From an uncultured delta proteobacterium (GTDB taxonomy: Bacteria > Myxococcota_A > Polyangia > Polyangiales > Polyangiaceae), in contig CAWDXG010000001.1 in NCBI GenBank assembly GCA_963806225.1, forward strand, positions 1,120,001 through 1,184,000: 64,000 nucleotides of DNA, given 5' to 3'. This document shows, one piece after another, positions 1 to 11,800 of this stretch. Below the pieces are notes generated by a model. The model did no database searches. It was not told the DNA's origin and was given only the letters and a program-made list of their open reading frames with translations. The position numbers and the translations under genes are program-made. Every line of letters begins with the position of its first letter. Position 1 is the stretch's first letter.

Positions 1-891
1 TGTCGGCAGGTTCACCTCGGCCTTGGCCACCTTGGCATCGAGCGACGGGAGCGGTCCGCCCTGGGTGAATGCCTCGAGCGCAGCCTCGAAGGCCTTCTGC
101 TCGGCGTCGGTGGCTTTTCCGAAGTCGGCCGACGCCGTGAACCCGGTGTCGAAGGTGAGCTCGGTCGAGAGCTCTGTTTCGAGCTTTCCTTCGAGATAGG
201 TCTTGAACTCCTGCACCTTGCCGTTCTTGATCTTCAGCGCGAAGCCGACGTCGGGCACGAATGCGACGTAGCCCTTGCCTATCGAGGCTTGCGCCTTGAC
301 GAAGAACTGGCCCGATACCGGCGCGCCCTTGTTCATGAAGGAATGGCTCGGGCTCTTCGCTTCAATCGGACCGAGCGTCCACCCCGAGAAGTCGAGCTTG
401 TTCAAGGCGCTCTGGACCGAATCGGCGCTCACGTGGCTGGTCTGGACCTGCGTCGTGCCCGGGGCGTGGTGGGTCTGGACCTGCGTCGTGGTGCCAGACG
501 AAAGGTGCAGCACACTGGAGACCTGGCCATCGAGGATCACGTCGGTCAGCGCCGCCTGCTTGGTCGTCACGACGATGTTGCCGCCCGACTCTGTTACCGA
601 CACCACGCGACGCAGGAACCCGCTGGTGTTGGTACCGTTCAAGCTCGCGGCGGATTCCCTGTCTCCGATCAGGAGATCACCCGGGACACGCTCGAGGACG
701 TCCGGATGGGTCGCCTTCGGAAAGATCAGCCGCGTCGCCTCCACAGTGACGTCGTCGACGTTGCCGATGACGTGGGTCTCGGGGCTGATGCTGACGGTCT
801 GCTTCGCTGCGGGCTTGGAGTCGGAGCCCGAGCACGCGGTCACCAGGGCCACCGCCATCACGACTCTGCCCCAACGACTCCTCCCGCCCAT
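1..891 (-). CDS. Secreted lipoprotein, 3'-partial (runs off window); not in ORF track
   Basis: Manual translation from ATG 891: MGGRSRWGRVVMAVALVTACSGSDSK... with hydrophobic signal and lipobox-like VTAC. Frame is open to position 1 and contains GFLRRVVSV and a TTQVQT duplication. Confidence 0.75.
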   Translation of the reverse strand, partial: MGGRSRWGRVVMAVALVTACSGSDSKPAAKQTVSISPETHVIGNVDDVTVEATRLIFPKATHPDVLERVPGDLLIGDRESAASLNGTNTSGFLRRVVSVTESGGNIVVTTKQAALTDVILDGQVSSVLHLSSGTTTQVQTHHAPGTTQVQTSHVSADSVQSALNKLDFSGWTLGPIEAKSPSHSFMNKGAPVSGQFFVKAQASIGKGYVAFVPDVGFALKIKNGKVQEFKTYLEGKLETELSTELTFDTGFTASADFGKATDAEQKAFEAALEAFTQGGPLPSLDAKVAKAEVNLPT

Positions 892-1387
892 CGCCCCAGT
901 ATGCCAGAGATCCCGCTCCAGCGCAGCATGCGCGCTGGGCAGACACGGGTCCGTTGTGCGCACGTGATAGCTTGGCGGCGTGGCGGGACGGTCGGAAACC
1001 GGCTTGATACTGCTGTGGCTCTTCTGCACGGTGCCCGGGACAGCGCTTGGCGGCGCTGCGGCGGCCGCGCTCGCGCCGTCGGGCGCGGTCGCGTTCGGCG
1101 TGTGGCTGCCGCGGGCGGTCTTTCCCGGTCTCGGTCCAGGCGCGTTCGCGGCGCAGAGCGAGCACGGCGCAGCGCCGCCCGCTGGCCCGCGCGAGCGGTA
1201 GCGCCCAGCTGACGACCCTGCCAGACGACCTCCGCCCGGCCGCGCGCCGGAAGACGGTGCGGAGGTGCGTAGCCATGTCGGCTTCTGTGGGGAACCGCGC
1301 GCAGGCTCGGGGGGGAAGGCCGCGCCCAGCGGGCGGGCGTGCCGCGAGCGGCTGTCGTGTAGCGCTTTCCTGGTGTAGCGTCGGGGC

Positions 1388-2140
1388 ATGCGGCTCGGGG
1401 TTTGCGTGCTGGTCGGGTTGTGGCTTGCGGCGTGTTCGAGTGGAAGCAGTGGGAGGGGCGGGCCAACGGGAAATCTCCTCTTCGAGGCGTGCGGGAAGCC
1501 GTCCGACTGCCAGAGCGGGATGTGCCTGAAGGACGAGCAGGGCTACATGGCCTGCACCCAGCCGTGCGACAGCGACGCCCAGTGCACTCGCCCCGGTGGC
1601 TACACGGGCGTGTGCCGCACGTTTGGGAGCAACGGCAAGCTCTGCGCCTCGCACTGCAGCACGCCGAAGGGCTGGACGTGCATCGACGACACGCCGGTGA
1701 AGTGCTCGGTCGCCGGCGAGAAGGCGTGCCTGGACTGCGGCTGCCCGGACGGCGACTACTGCGCAGTGGACCACTGCGTGCCCAAGGGGAAGTTGTCCGA
1801 TGCCTGCGAATACGACAGCGAGTGCCTCTCGGGAAACTGCAGCCCAGGGCCGGGTTTCCTGGGACGGGAGTGCCTCGCGAAGTTCGCAGGCGCGTGCACG
1901 AACCAGAACTGCGACATCTGCATCAACGGCAACTTCTGCACGCGACACTGCGACGGCCCGTACCCGTACGAATGTCCGGGCAACAGCCAGTGCCTCCATT
2001 CGCTCACGGTCGCGACGGGCCAGTGCGAGCTGCTCTGCGATGGCCGCCAGGGGCCGGATCAGGCAACCTGCGATCCCTACGGCTTTTCCTGCGTCGCGAC
2101 CAGCGACTCGATCCCGTTGTGGTACTGCGAGACGCCGTAG
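1388..2140 (+). CDS. Cysteine-rich secreted lipoprotein
   Basis: Signal peptide with LAAC lipobox and many regularly spaced Cys (disulfide-rich repeats). Confidence 0.8.
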   Translation: MRLGVCVLVGLWLAACSSGSSGRGGPTGNLLFEACGKPSDCQSGMCLKDEQGYMACTQPCDSDAQCTRPGGYTGVCRTFGSNGKLCASHCSTPKGWTCIDDTPVKCSVAGEKACLDCGCPDGDYCAVDHCVPKGKLSDACEYDSECLSGNCSPGPGFLGRECLAKFAGACTNQNCDICINGNFCTRHCDGPYPYECPGNSQCLHSLTVATGQCELLCDGRQGPDQATCDPYGFSCVATSDSIPLWYCETP

Positions 2141-2192
2141 GGGCCGGAAAATAGTCCGCAACCGGCGGGGGCATGCGACCGATTACAGGGGC

Positions 2193-2810
2193 ATGCACTA
2201 CAGATTGCACGATCGTGGTCGTCCGCTCGCCCCGGTATCCGCACGCGCAAACAGGGTACGCGCTCCCCGGATCCTGCGCGTCGCCGCAGGCGCCGTGCTG
2301 TCCTTCTGCCTGACGGGCTGCCTGGTTGCCCCCGGCGGAGGCAGCGGCGGTGCCGGCGGCGGTGGCAGCGCGACAACCTGCTCGGAGACGCGCTGCGACG
2401 GAGAACGCTCCCAGTGCGTCGATTGGGTTGGTCTCGACTCCCAGGACTGCGAGGACAACTGTTCTGGATCGGACGACATCCTGGGCTGTCTGCAGAGCTG
2501 CTACGATCTCCGGGACGCGAGGGTCGTGTCCTGGTGCGATGCAGACTTCGACACCTGCACGGCGTCCGCCAAGGTGAACGAGTGCTGGGACGACAGCGAT
2601 CCGCAAGGCAAGTGTGTGGGAACGAGCGAAATCTCGTGCGCGGACGTTGGCGACCAGAGCGCGTGCGACACGGTTCCCGGATGCCAAGCGTCCGGCACAT
2701 ACGATGAATACCTCGGCATGACCTTCTGGTCCTGCGAAGGCAAGCCAGCCGCATGCTCCGACATGAAAGACGCCAAGAGCTGTCGCGCGCTTCGCTGCAC
2801 GTGGCAGTGA
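2193..2810 (+). CDS. Cysteine-rich secreted lipoprotein (start uncertain)
   Basis: 3' part of ORF 1800..2810: ...VAAGAVLSFCLTGC lipobox, Gly linker, Cys-rich repeats. Confidence 0.7.
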   Translation: MHYRLHDRGRPLAPVSARANRVRAPRILRVAAGAVLSFCLTGCLVAPGGGSGGAGGGGSATTCSETRCDGERSQCVDWVGLDSQDCEDNCSGSDDILGCLQSCYDLRDARVVSWCDADFDTCTASAKVNECWDDSDPQGKCVGTSEISCADVGDQSACDTVPGCQASGTYDEYLGMTFWSCEGKPAACSDMKDAKSCRALRCTWQ

Positions 2811-2867
2811 GCTCCCAAAAGCCCACCGGGGTCTACGACTGGAGCTTCCGCGTGGGCGGCGCTGTCG

Positions 2868-4046
2868 TCATCCGTTCGCGGGGGCGGCGCGCTGCATGAA
2901 AGGGCGGCCGAAGTCGTGCTCGGCGGCGAGCGCGTTGTGGGCCCGGCAGCGCAAGTGGAGGTTCGATGCGGTGGCGGGTCCGCCGCGGGCGAAGGGGAGC
3001 TCGTGGTGGAGCTCGAGGAACGCGGTCTCGCGACAGCGCTCTCCGGACGGCGCGACGTAGGTGCAGCGTGCGCCGTCGCGTTCGCGGACAGCGCGGCGGA
3101 CCGCGGCGGGGATGGAGCGGCTGTTCGGGGCACCGCGCTGGCGCGGCGTCTCTTCGTTACCGCGCTGGCGCGGGGGAGCGTCGGGGCGGCGGGCGTACTT
3201 CTTCTTTTCGAGTTCTGCGACGAGCAAGCGGAGGGCACGCAGGTGGACCTCTTCGATGGAGCGATCGGGGATGGCGTGGGAGAGGAGGTCGCAGGCGCGT
3301 TCGAGCAGGTCGACGTATTCCTGCGACGCGGTGAACTGGACCTTGTAGCGCTGCGGGGGGAGCGGCGCGGGTGGACAGGGGCTTTCGCCGGCGTCCTCCG
3401 GTGCGTCGGCGCCCGCCGTGGCGCTCGCGACTTCCGGGGCCGTCGTGGTGTTGCCTGCCTCCGCGCCGTCGTCCATCCAGTCCCGCGGACGGGCGCCAGG
3501 CTCGAGCTCGCGCACCGGATTGAAGGAGGCGACGAGCTCGCTCCACGTGGGACTGCGCGGCGTGGCGATGCGGGGCTCGGGACCGAGCGGCTCGATGCGT
3601 GCGGGAACGGCGGGCAGCGGATCCAGCATGCGGACGAGCTTCTGGATCTCGCGCTTGGTGCGGTGCCTGGCACGGGCGAGGACGTTGGCGAGGTTGTCGT
3701 CGGTGAGGTGCGGGCCGAGCAGGAGCAGGCCTGTCAGGTGCAGCTCGCCGGCGGCGACGTGTTCGTAGAGTGCCGGGAAGCGCCGGCAGAAGCTCGCGGC
3801 CTTGGCGCGGCGGAAGGCGGCGTCCTCGGACATGCGGAGCTCGTAGACGCAGTAGGTGTACAGGCTCGAGCAGGCCCGCGTGCGGTGGATGCCGCGCGCT
3901 TCGACCTCGGCGAGGTGGGCGAGCAGCGCAGCGAGGGCCTGGTTGGTGCGTCCGACGAGCTGGCGGGTGCCGGCGAGGAGCGCGTCGTCGCCGAGAGCTC
4001 CGAGGCCGTAGGGATCGAGTTGGAGAGTCGCTGTTTCCGCATTCAT
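2868..4046 (-). CDS. DUF222-like/HNH endonuclease domain protein
   Basis: N-terminal LLAHLAEVEARG..CSSLYTYCVYELRMSEDAA segment and C-terminal HNH (RERDGARC...LELHH..PFARGG..TASNLHLRCRAHN). A -10-like TAGGCT lies 6 nt before the ATG. Confidence 0.85.
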   Translation of the reverse strand: MNAETATLQLDPYGLGALGDDALLAGTRQLVGRTNQALAALLAHLAEVEARGIHRTRACSSLYTYCVYELRMSEDAAFRRAKAASFCRRFPALYEHVAAGELHLTGLLLLGPHLTDDNLANVLARARHRTKREIQKLVRMLDPLPAVPARIEPLGPEPRIATPRSPTWSELVASFNPVRELEPGARPRDWMDDGAEAGNTTTAPEVASATAGADAPEDAGESPCPPAPLPPQRYKVQFTASQEYVDLLERACDLLSHAIPDRSIEEVHLRALRLLVAELEKKKYARRPDAPPRQRGNEETPRQRGAPNSRSIPAAVRRAVRERDGARCTYVAPSGERCRETAFLELHHELPFARGGPATASNLHLRCRAHNALAAEHDFGRPFMQRAAPANG

Positions 4047-4250
4047 GTGCGCAGCCTACACCCGGTTCTGGAGGGCTCGCTGTTGCCTCGTAGGCACGGT
4101 TTCCAGCGGCAGGCGGCTCGAAACGCATCCGGATCCGGAAACGCGGCGAGCGCGTCGCTCGTCGCGATACGGAGGCGTGATTGCGGAAAGGAGCGGAGTC
4201 GTGATTGCGACTCGTAGAATAGCTGTCAAGGAAATTCAGCGGTTCAGACC

Positions 4251-4620
4251 GGGTACAGGGGACATGGGCAACACCTTCACTCGAGGTCGTGCGATGCGGG
4301 GCCATGCCGTCGAAGGAAACCAGTCCCCATCCGCACGCCGTGAGCGCCGAAATCATCGACCTCATCGTGCAGGCCCGACGACGGCATCCACGGTGGGGAC
4401 CCCGGAAGCTGCTTGTCGTTGCAAAGCGGCAGAATCCTCGTGCCGCATTGCCAGCAGCAAGCACCGTCGGCGAGATTCTGAGGAAGCGAGGGCTGGTTGG
4501 AAAGCCACTGCGTGTCCGTCGAAGTGACCCGTACGGTGAGCGGCTACGATGCTCCGAACGCCATCTGGTGTGCAGACTTCAAGGGACACTTCGCCGTCGG
4601 AGGCCAACGCTGCACAACCC
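4251..4620 (+). mobile_element. IS481-family transposase remnant with probable left end
   Basis: Fragments HPRWGPRKL..PAASTVGEILRKRGL and, in another frame, PNAIWCADFKGHF. GTACAGGGGACATGGGCAACAC at ~4253-4274 resembles IS481-type termini. Confidence 0.7.
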
Positions 4621-4649
4621 ACTGCTCTTGCGACGTTCTCGGTTCACCC

Positions 4650-4770
4650 GCGACGCCACCGCGCCGGCGCGTCCGCGCCGCGACGCCACGCCGCCACCGC
4701 GCCGGCGCGTCAGCGCTGCCACGCCACCGCGCCGGCGCGGGCCCGTCCACGCCGCGACGTCACCGCGCGT
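4650..4770. repeat. GC-rich short direct repeats (GCCACCGCGCCGGCGCG x3)
   Basis: Three copies with short variable spacers between the IS remnant and the GNAT stop. Confidence 0.6.
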
Positions 4771-4772
4771 GC

Positions 4773-5108
4773 TCAGGCTTTCGTCTCTAGAGTGCGCGAG
4801 AGCGTCGCGTACCCGGCGCGCTCGTAGAGGCGGCGGGCGGCTTCGTTGTGTTCCCAGACGTGGAGGCGGACGGTGTGGAAGCCGTGCTCGGCGGACCAGC
4901 TGCGCGCGTGCTGCAGCAATTGCGTGGCGACGCCCTGGCGGCGGTGCGCGGGGGCGACGGCGAGGAAGTGGATGAAAGCGTGCTGGTCGGCGCGGCGGCC
5001 GAGCGCGGCGGGGAGGCGCACTTCTTCCAGCGTGAGGACGCCTGCTACGTCGTCGCCGCGCGTGGCGACGAAAGCGCGCTGTTCGGCTGCCTCGAGGGGC
5101 GCGGGCAT
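4773..5108 (-). CDS. GNAT family N-acetyltransferase (short, possibly N-truncated)
   Basis: Motif A LAVAPAHRRQGVA and motif B NEAARRLYERAGY. Confidence 0.8.
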   Translation of the reverse strand: MPAPLEAAEQRAFVATRGDDVAGVLTLEEVRLPAALGRRADQHAFIHFLAVAPAHRRQGVATQLLQHARSWSAEHGFHTVRLHVWEHNEAARRLYERAGYATLSRTLETKA

Positions 5109-5117
5109 ATCGCCGCG

Positions 5118-5759
5118 CTACCCGCGCGCGCGCCGCGCTCTGAGCACGGTGTCGTGGACGGTGACGGGCTGGCTGTCGGAGTTGTTCTGGGTGCGGGCGC
5201 GGGCGGCGCTGGTCTCGACGGTCCAGCTATCGCCGAGCAGCTCCGCGATGTCGTCGGCCGTGTAGTAGAGGTCCGGATCGGGCGGACGCTTGACGCCGCT
5301 TTCGAGGTCGGAGGGGTGGTGGGCGACGATGAGCAGCGTGCCGTCGGCGCGCACGGCGGCGGCGAGGCCGCGGAACAGCATCGCGCGCGGTCCGCTCGGC
5401 AGGTGCATGAACTGCACGTTCACGAGATCGAAGGTGTCGGGCGGGGGAGGGGACTGGATGAGATCGGCCTGCTGCCAGCTGATGCGCTCGGCGGCTCCGG
5501 GCGCGGTCTCGCGGGTGTGGGCGGCGGCGCGGTCGAGCGCGACCTGTGAGATGTCCATGCCGACAACGTCCCAGCCGCGCTCGGCTAGCCAGATGGCGTC
5601 GGCGCCCTCGCCGCAGCCGACATCGAGCGCGCGCCCCGGCGAAAGCCCCTCGACCTCCGCCACGAGCTGCGGATTCGGGTTGCCGCTCCAGATCCGCTTT
5701 GAAGATCGATACCGCTCGTCCCAGAAATCCGCGCCGCGCACGGGCGTGTCGTTTGCCAT
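5118..5759 (-). CDS. Class I SAM-dependent methyltransferase
   Basis: FWDERY..WSGNPN and ALDVGCGEGADA motif I. Confidence 0.9.
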   Translation of the reverse strand: MANDTPVRGADFWDERYRSSKRIWSGNPNPQLVAEVEGLSPGRALDVGCGEGADAIWLAERGWDVVGMDISQVALDRAAAHTRETAPGAAERISWQQADLIQSPPPPDTFDLVNVQFMHLPSGPRAMLFRGLAAAVRADGTLLIVAHHPSDLESGVKRPPDPDLYYTADDIAELLGDSWTVETSAARARTQNNSDSQPVTVHDTVLRARRARG

Positions 5760-5816
5760 GGCGGGGAGTATGGCACGCGCGCGGACGAGGGCGCCAAGGC
5801 GCTTCCCGGTCGGAAA

Positions 5817-8800
5817 TCACGCTGACTTGCGCTGACCTTTCGAGCCGAGCCGGATGTGCACCTCGTGCTTGCCCAGACCGCCCGGATCGAGCGGAATGCG
5901 ACCCGAGTCGAGCGGGGCTCCGTCCAGGCTTGCTTCGGCGACACCCCCGCCTACGGCGTCGGGATTGTCGACGACCACGTGGACCTCCTGGCCCCCGAGC
6001 TTGATCCACGCCTCGAATCCCTTCCAGGCGGAGGGGATGCAGGGGTCGATGCGGAGCTGCCCGTCTTCCTTGCGGAGGCCGAGGATGGCCTCGACACCCA
6101 GCCGGTAGGCCCAACCCGCCGCGCCGGTGTACCAGCTCCACCCGCCTCGAGCGATCCAGGGGGAACAGCTGTAGATGTCGCCGGCGAGGACATACGGCTC
6201 GACCCGGTAGCGAGCGACCTCTCCGCTCGTGCGCGCGCGAAGCACCGGGTTCAGCAGACGGAAGATGCGCTCGGCGTGTGCGCCGTCGCCCAGGGCGGTG
6301 TACGCCCAGCCGAGCCAGGTCGCCGCGTGTGTGTACTGGCCGCCATTTTCGCGGACGCCGCGCGGATACGCCCGGATGTACCCGGGATCGTGCGCCGTGC
6401 TCGCGAAGGGCGGCCAGAGCAACAGCACCAGCCTGTCCTCCTCCCGCACGAGCTGGTCGTCGGCCGCGTGGAGCGCGAGGCGCGCTCGTTCGGTGTCGGC
6501 ACTGCCGGAGAGGACGGCCCACGACTGTGCGATCGAGTCGATACGGCACTCGCGACTCGTCGTCGAGCCCAGAGCCGAGCCGTCGTCGTGGAACGCGCGC
6601 AGGTACCACCCGCCATCCCACGCATTTTCCTCGAGGCTTGCCCGCAGCGATTCGGCTCGGGCTCGCCAGTTCTCTGCCTCGTCGTGCTCGTCCAGCCGCT
6701 CGCAGAGCGACGCGAAGCGGCTCGCGGTCGCGCACAGGAACCAGCCGAGCCAGACGCTTTCGCCGCGGCCTTCCGAGCCGACGCGGTTCATGCCGTCGTT
6801 CCAGTCGCTGTCGCCCATCAGCGGTAGGCCGTGGCGTCCCTGGGTGAAGCCGCGCTGCATGGCACGCCGGCAGTGTTCGAACAATGGGGCGGCCGCCGAG
6901 GTACCGAACTCGGCATACCGGTCGTGTTCTTCGCGCTTCAGCGGCTCCGCGCTCAAGAACGGCACGGGCTCGTCGAGGATCGACACATCCCCCGTGGCAG
7001 CCACGTACTCGGCCGTCACGTACACAAGCCACACGAGGTCGTCCGAACAGCGCGTCCGGACGCCGCTGCCGGACGGTGGGTGCCACCAGTGCAGGACGTC
7101 GCCTTCTTCGAACTGGTGTGCGGCCGATTCCAGGATGTGGGCGCGCGCGCGGGCGGGCGCAGCGACCAGCAGCGCGAGCACGTCCTGGAGCTGGTCACGG
7201 AATCCGAACGCGCCGCTGGATTGATAGAAGGCCGTGCGACCGAAGAGACGCGAGGCGATGGTCTGGTAGAGCAGCCATCGATTCAGCATGAGGTCCATGG
7301 ACGGCTCGGGCGTCTTGACGCGCAGGCTGCCCGTGAGCCCTTCCCAGAATCCGGTCAGGGCGTCCCACGCCGCGTCGACCGACTCCCGCTTGCGGAAGTG
7401 TGCCGCCAGTGCGAGCGCGGCGTCGCGATCAGCGCCCTGGCCGAGGACGAAATGAGTCTCGATCTCCTCGCCCGGCCCGAGGTCCAGATGCACCTGCAGT
7501 GCGGCACAAGGATCCACGCCGGCGTCCGTGCACGCGGCGAGGCCCCAACGTTCGAGCGCCTCGGGGCGCGCGTAGTCTCCCCGGCGCCCGAGAAACTCCG
7601 TGCGATCGGCGGTGAAGCCGTGCACCCGAAGCTCGGAGGCGAGGAACGCGAAGCGCCCCTTGAATTCGCTCTTCCAGCTGCTCGTCGCGAGCAGACATGC
7701 GCTCGGTCGGTCGATTCCAGACACCACGTACGCCCGCTGCTCCTCCGCGGTGCTACCGAGAACCCACTCCGCGTAATAGGTCGCGGTAACCCGCCGGTGC
7801 CGGGGAAGCAGGTTCTTGATCCTCAGCCGCACGAGCTTCACCGGCGCGTCGGCAGGCACGAAGACCGTGAGCTCCTGTTCGAAATCGTGGCTCTGCCTCA
7901 GGTACTTCGTGTACCCCATGCCGTGACGCACGAGCGTTTCGGCTTCGAGCCCCGCAGGCAGCGGCGTGGGTGACCAGACTTCGCCTGTTTCCTCGTCCCT
8001 CAGGTAGACGGATTCAGAGGGCGTATCGAAGAGCGGATCGTTTCGCCAAGGCGTGAGTCGGTTCTCGCTGCTGTTTGTCGACCAGGTGCAGCCGAGCGAC
8101 GATTCGCTCACCAGGCAGCCAAAGTCGGGATTCGCGAGCACGTTGCACCAGGGAGCAGGAGTCGGCTTGCCCGGCTGTACCGAGATCACGTACTCGCGGC
8201 CGTCCTCGCTGAACCCGCCGATGCCGTTGTCGAACATCAAGCTGGGCCGGCGAGGACCCGACGGGGGCGTGCGCTCCTCCGCTAGTGTGGGCTCGAACCG
8301 TGGCAGACGCGGTGCGCTCTCGGCGGGTTTCGCAAAGCGGGACGCGAGCGAGTCGTCCCGGGTGTCCAGTACTACGCGCGCGCTTGCCTCGAGGTGGCGC
8401 TCCTCTTCTTCCGGAAGCTGATCGCGAGTCACGACGTGAATGCCGCCGCGCCGGTCGATCCAGTCGTCGACGTCGTGACGGGCGAGCACGCTTCTGAGCG
8501 TTCCGACGCCGTCCGTCACGTATCCTGTGGCCTGTTCGTCCACGAGAACGAGATCGACGCGCACGCCAGAGGCCCGGAAGTACCGGTGCGCAGCGATGAC
8601 TTGTGAAAATAGCGGAGCCTGGGCGTCGTGTACCCGGACGAGCAGGATCGGGAAGTCGCCGGAGATCCCCCGCCCCCAGAGCCGTCGCTTCTCGGCGTGG
8701 CCTTCGGCGATGACGTCCCCGGGAGCGCGCAACGACGGCTCCGCAAAGACCAGCGCGGACAAAAGGTGCTGGATAGCCGGTAGCAGGTTGGCGTTCAGCC

Positions 8801-11800
8801 GAGCGCGTTTCAGGCGCCTGAGACTCTCCTGCTCGGCGTCGCGGAACGCCCAGCGAACCGCGTGCATCGAGCCGTAGCGTCGGGCAAGCTCCAGCGCCGC
8901 GCTGCGAGAGCGATCCACCGCCGTGACAAACGCGAGAGTTACCGACTCCTGCGGTGCGAGCTCGACGTGGGCGCGGAGGCTCATGACCGGATCGAGCACG
9001 GTGCCGACGCTGCCATGCAGAACCACGGGGTCGAGCGACATCGACTCCGGCACACGAGGGTCCCGCGAACGGCCGAAGAAGGCTGCTCGGTCCGTCTCGA
9101 AGCCCGCGGGGGTCACCCGGGAACCCTCGACGACGAGCCGATGCACCAGCGCTGCGCGCTCTTCGTTCAGCGCCCGGTGCCGGCGCGTGAAAACGAGCCC
9201 ATCAAGCTCCGGTACGTACTCGCTTTCGACGAACAACCTCGAGAATGCACCGGTTACGGCTTCGACCGGCAACAGAGCGGGCTCGGAGGCGCTCGCGACG
9301 ACGAGCCGCCGCGATCGATCCGTCTCGTTGTGAAGCGTGATCTGCCGGACCTCGACGTCGTCCGCCGCCGCGATGGTGACGTCGACGTGAACCGAGAGCC
9401 CTTGATCGCGGCGATGGAAGTCGATCTTGTGGGCGCTGAAAGTCGTCCGCCCGTCCGCCGAGGTCGCCCGCCAGACCCGACCGTTGTCTCTGTCCCGCAG
9501 GTAGATCCAGGTTCCCTGCGTGTCGGATGTCGGGTCAGGTTGGTAGTTGGTGAGAGCCAGACCGTGCCAGCGCAGACCGCCGCCTCCGGAGTCCGTGAGC
9601 CAGGTCGTGAGACGACCGTTGCCGAGCACGAAACGTCCGGTTGTCCGGCGCCGCGCGCCGACCACGAAGGCGCGCTCGACGGAGCTCGCTGGGCAGGCGC
9701 TTCCTCGGTCTCCGGGCCCTCGGCGGCGGGCCATTCCGCCGGCACGGCGCCTGGCGTCGGCTCGCCCAGGAGCATCCCGCCCACCTCGACCAACGGGTCG
9801 GAGTGGAAGCGCTCGACCATGATGTCGTCGTGCAGGTAGTTGTCGAGCGCGACGAGCAGCATGCCCTGGTGATGCGCCATGAACGACCGCACGACGACGA
9901 ACGAGCGGCCACTCGGCGCATGCTCCGGGTCGAAATCGACGGCCTCGAACAAGCCGTACATTCCGAGCATTCCCATCGCCTCGAGCTTCGCCAGGTTGTC
10001 CACGACGGCGCGCGGTCGAAGGGAGATGGCGAGCATCGAAGCGTACGGCGCGACCACACGGTCTTCGGTGAGGTGACGCCGGAAGCCGAGCCCAGGAACA
10101 CCGAACGAGCGATACTGGTACGTCTGATGGGGGTCCAGGCGGCCGTATGCAGATTCCGAGACACCCCAGGGAGTGTTCCGCTCCCGGGCGTAGGCGATCT
10201 GCGCCTCCACCGCGAGCGCGGAGCTGCGACCGAGAAGTGTCCGCTCGTTGCCGCGCATCAGCAGGTTCGGCATCAGATACTCGAACATCGTTCCGCCCCA
10301 GGACAAGAGCGCGGGCGCGCCTGCCACGTGCGTCATCGGACGCCCGAGCGCGTACCAGTGCGACTCGGGCGCATCGTGCTTGACGATCGCCAGGTAGCTC
10401 GCAAGACGCGCTTCCGATGCGAGCAGGTCGTAGTGATGCGCATCGGCCGTATCCAGCGTGACGTTGTAGCCAATGCGGAAGAGCTTCCGCTCCGGGTCGA
10501 AGAGCAGCCGGAAGTCCATCCCGTATGCTTCGGCCTGCGCGCGGCGCGCCACGTCCAGAAGACCATCGCGGAGCGCTTCGGCGCTCTGTTCGGCGCTGTG
10601 GAAGGCTTCCCGGAGCCGCGCTGTCGACGCTTCCAGATCAACCGTGAGGCTCCCGTCGCGGCGCTGTCGTTCTTCCCACTCGGCAAGCTCGGTGGCGAGT
10701 CGGTGGCAGGTTCCCGGGATCTCGTCGAGCTTGATTTCTCCGGGCCAGGTGAGTGCCGTCGCGGCAGGCTCGTCGGCCAGCGAAAGCCAGGGCAGAAGCG
10801 CGTCGAGCTCCCGTCGTGTCTCGTAGAGTTGGTGGTGGAAGCGATCCACCCACGTGCGGAGTGCGTGCAGGGTCTCGGCCTCGTGCTGGTACGCGCCGGC
10901 ATCGAGCAGCGCAATCAGCTCGCTGTCGAGCGCCGGAGCGGTCTCGTCGCACAGCACTCCGAGCGCGGCATGGGCCTCGCGTGCGGTCTCGCCCCTGTTC
11001 ACCACGATGCGGCGCACCGTAGCGAGCACCGACCGTAGCGAGTCCGCCGGTCCCGCTTCGGTAGAACCGAGCGCTTCTTCGAGCAGGTCGAGCAGATCGG
11101 TGATGCCGTTCCACGCCTCGCGGCGAAGCACGGGTGCGTGGGCCACCGACTTCAGGCCTTGCTCCAGCGCGATGAGACATCCCGCGAAGTTCCCGCTATC
11201 GACGGTGGACACGTAGCGTGGCAGGAGCGGCTGGAGGTTCTTCGTCTCGTACCAGTTCAAGAGGTGGCCCCGGTAGTGTTCAAGCCGTTCGACGCTTTCC
11301 AGAGTGTTCTGCAGCCGAAGCAGAAGGTCGCCCGGTCCGAGGTAGCCGAGGTCGTAGGCGGAAAGCGTGGAGAGAAGCATCATGCCGATGTTGGTGGGCG
11401 AGGTGCGGTGAGCGACCTGCTCGCGGGGCACGGCCTGGTAGTTGTCCACGGGCAGCCACTGGTCGCCCGGGCCCACGAACGTCTCGAAGAAGAGCCACGT
11501 TCTGCGTGCCAATTGGCGGAGCCGCCGCACGTCCTCGGCGCCCAGAGGCTTCGCGTGGTTCGGGAAGTCACGGCTCGTCCAGCGGGCGATCGCGGGGGCG
11601 AAGAACCAGGCGAGAAGAACCGGCAGACCGACGAGCAGTGCAGAAGGCCGGACCCAGGCGACGGTGGCGCCGCTCAGCACCGCGAGAAGTGGAGACGCGA
11701 GCATCTGTCGCCATAGCCGGGATCGCCTGTGCGTAGTCCGGGCAATGTCCGCGGCGGACGTCCATTGAAGCAGGTGTGTGTGCGTGAACACGACCCGCGC

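Noticed and set aside
275..1529. Several overlapping Arg/Ala/Pro-rich ORFs (representative of most alternative-frame ORFs in the track)
   Set aside because: Typical high-GC shadow ORFs without motifs; the credible gene is the minus-strand lipoprotein 1..891.
1388..2810. Multihaem cytochromes
   Set aside because: Cys-rich but no CxxCH motifs; consistent with disulfide-rich secreted repeats.
4220..4260. LexA box near GGTTCAG/GTACAG
   Set aside because: Half-sites are in direct, not inverted, arrangement and overlap the probable IS481 end.
4650..4770. Three 17-bp direct repeats as a mini CRISPR array
   Set aside because: Spacers are far too short and irregular, the repeats are low-complexity GC, and there are no cas genes.
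9620..9650. Programmed ribosomal frameshift in the glucan synthase
   Set aside because: No slippery heptamer seen, and similar 1-nt shifts occur in many unrelated genes here.
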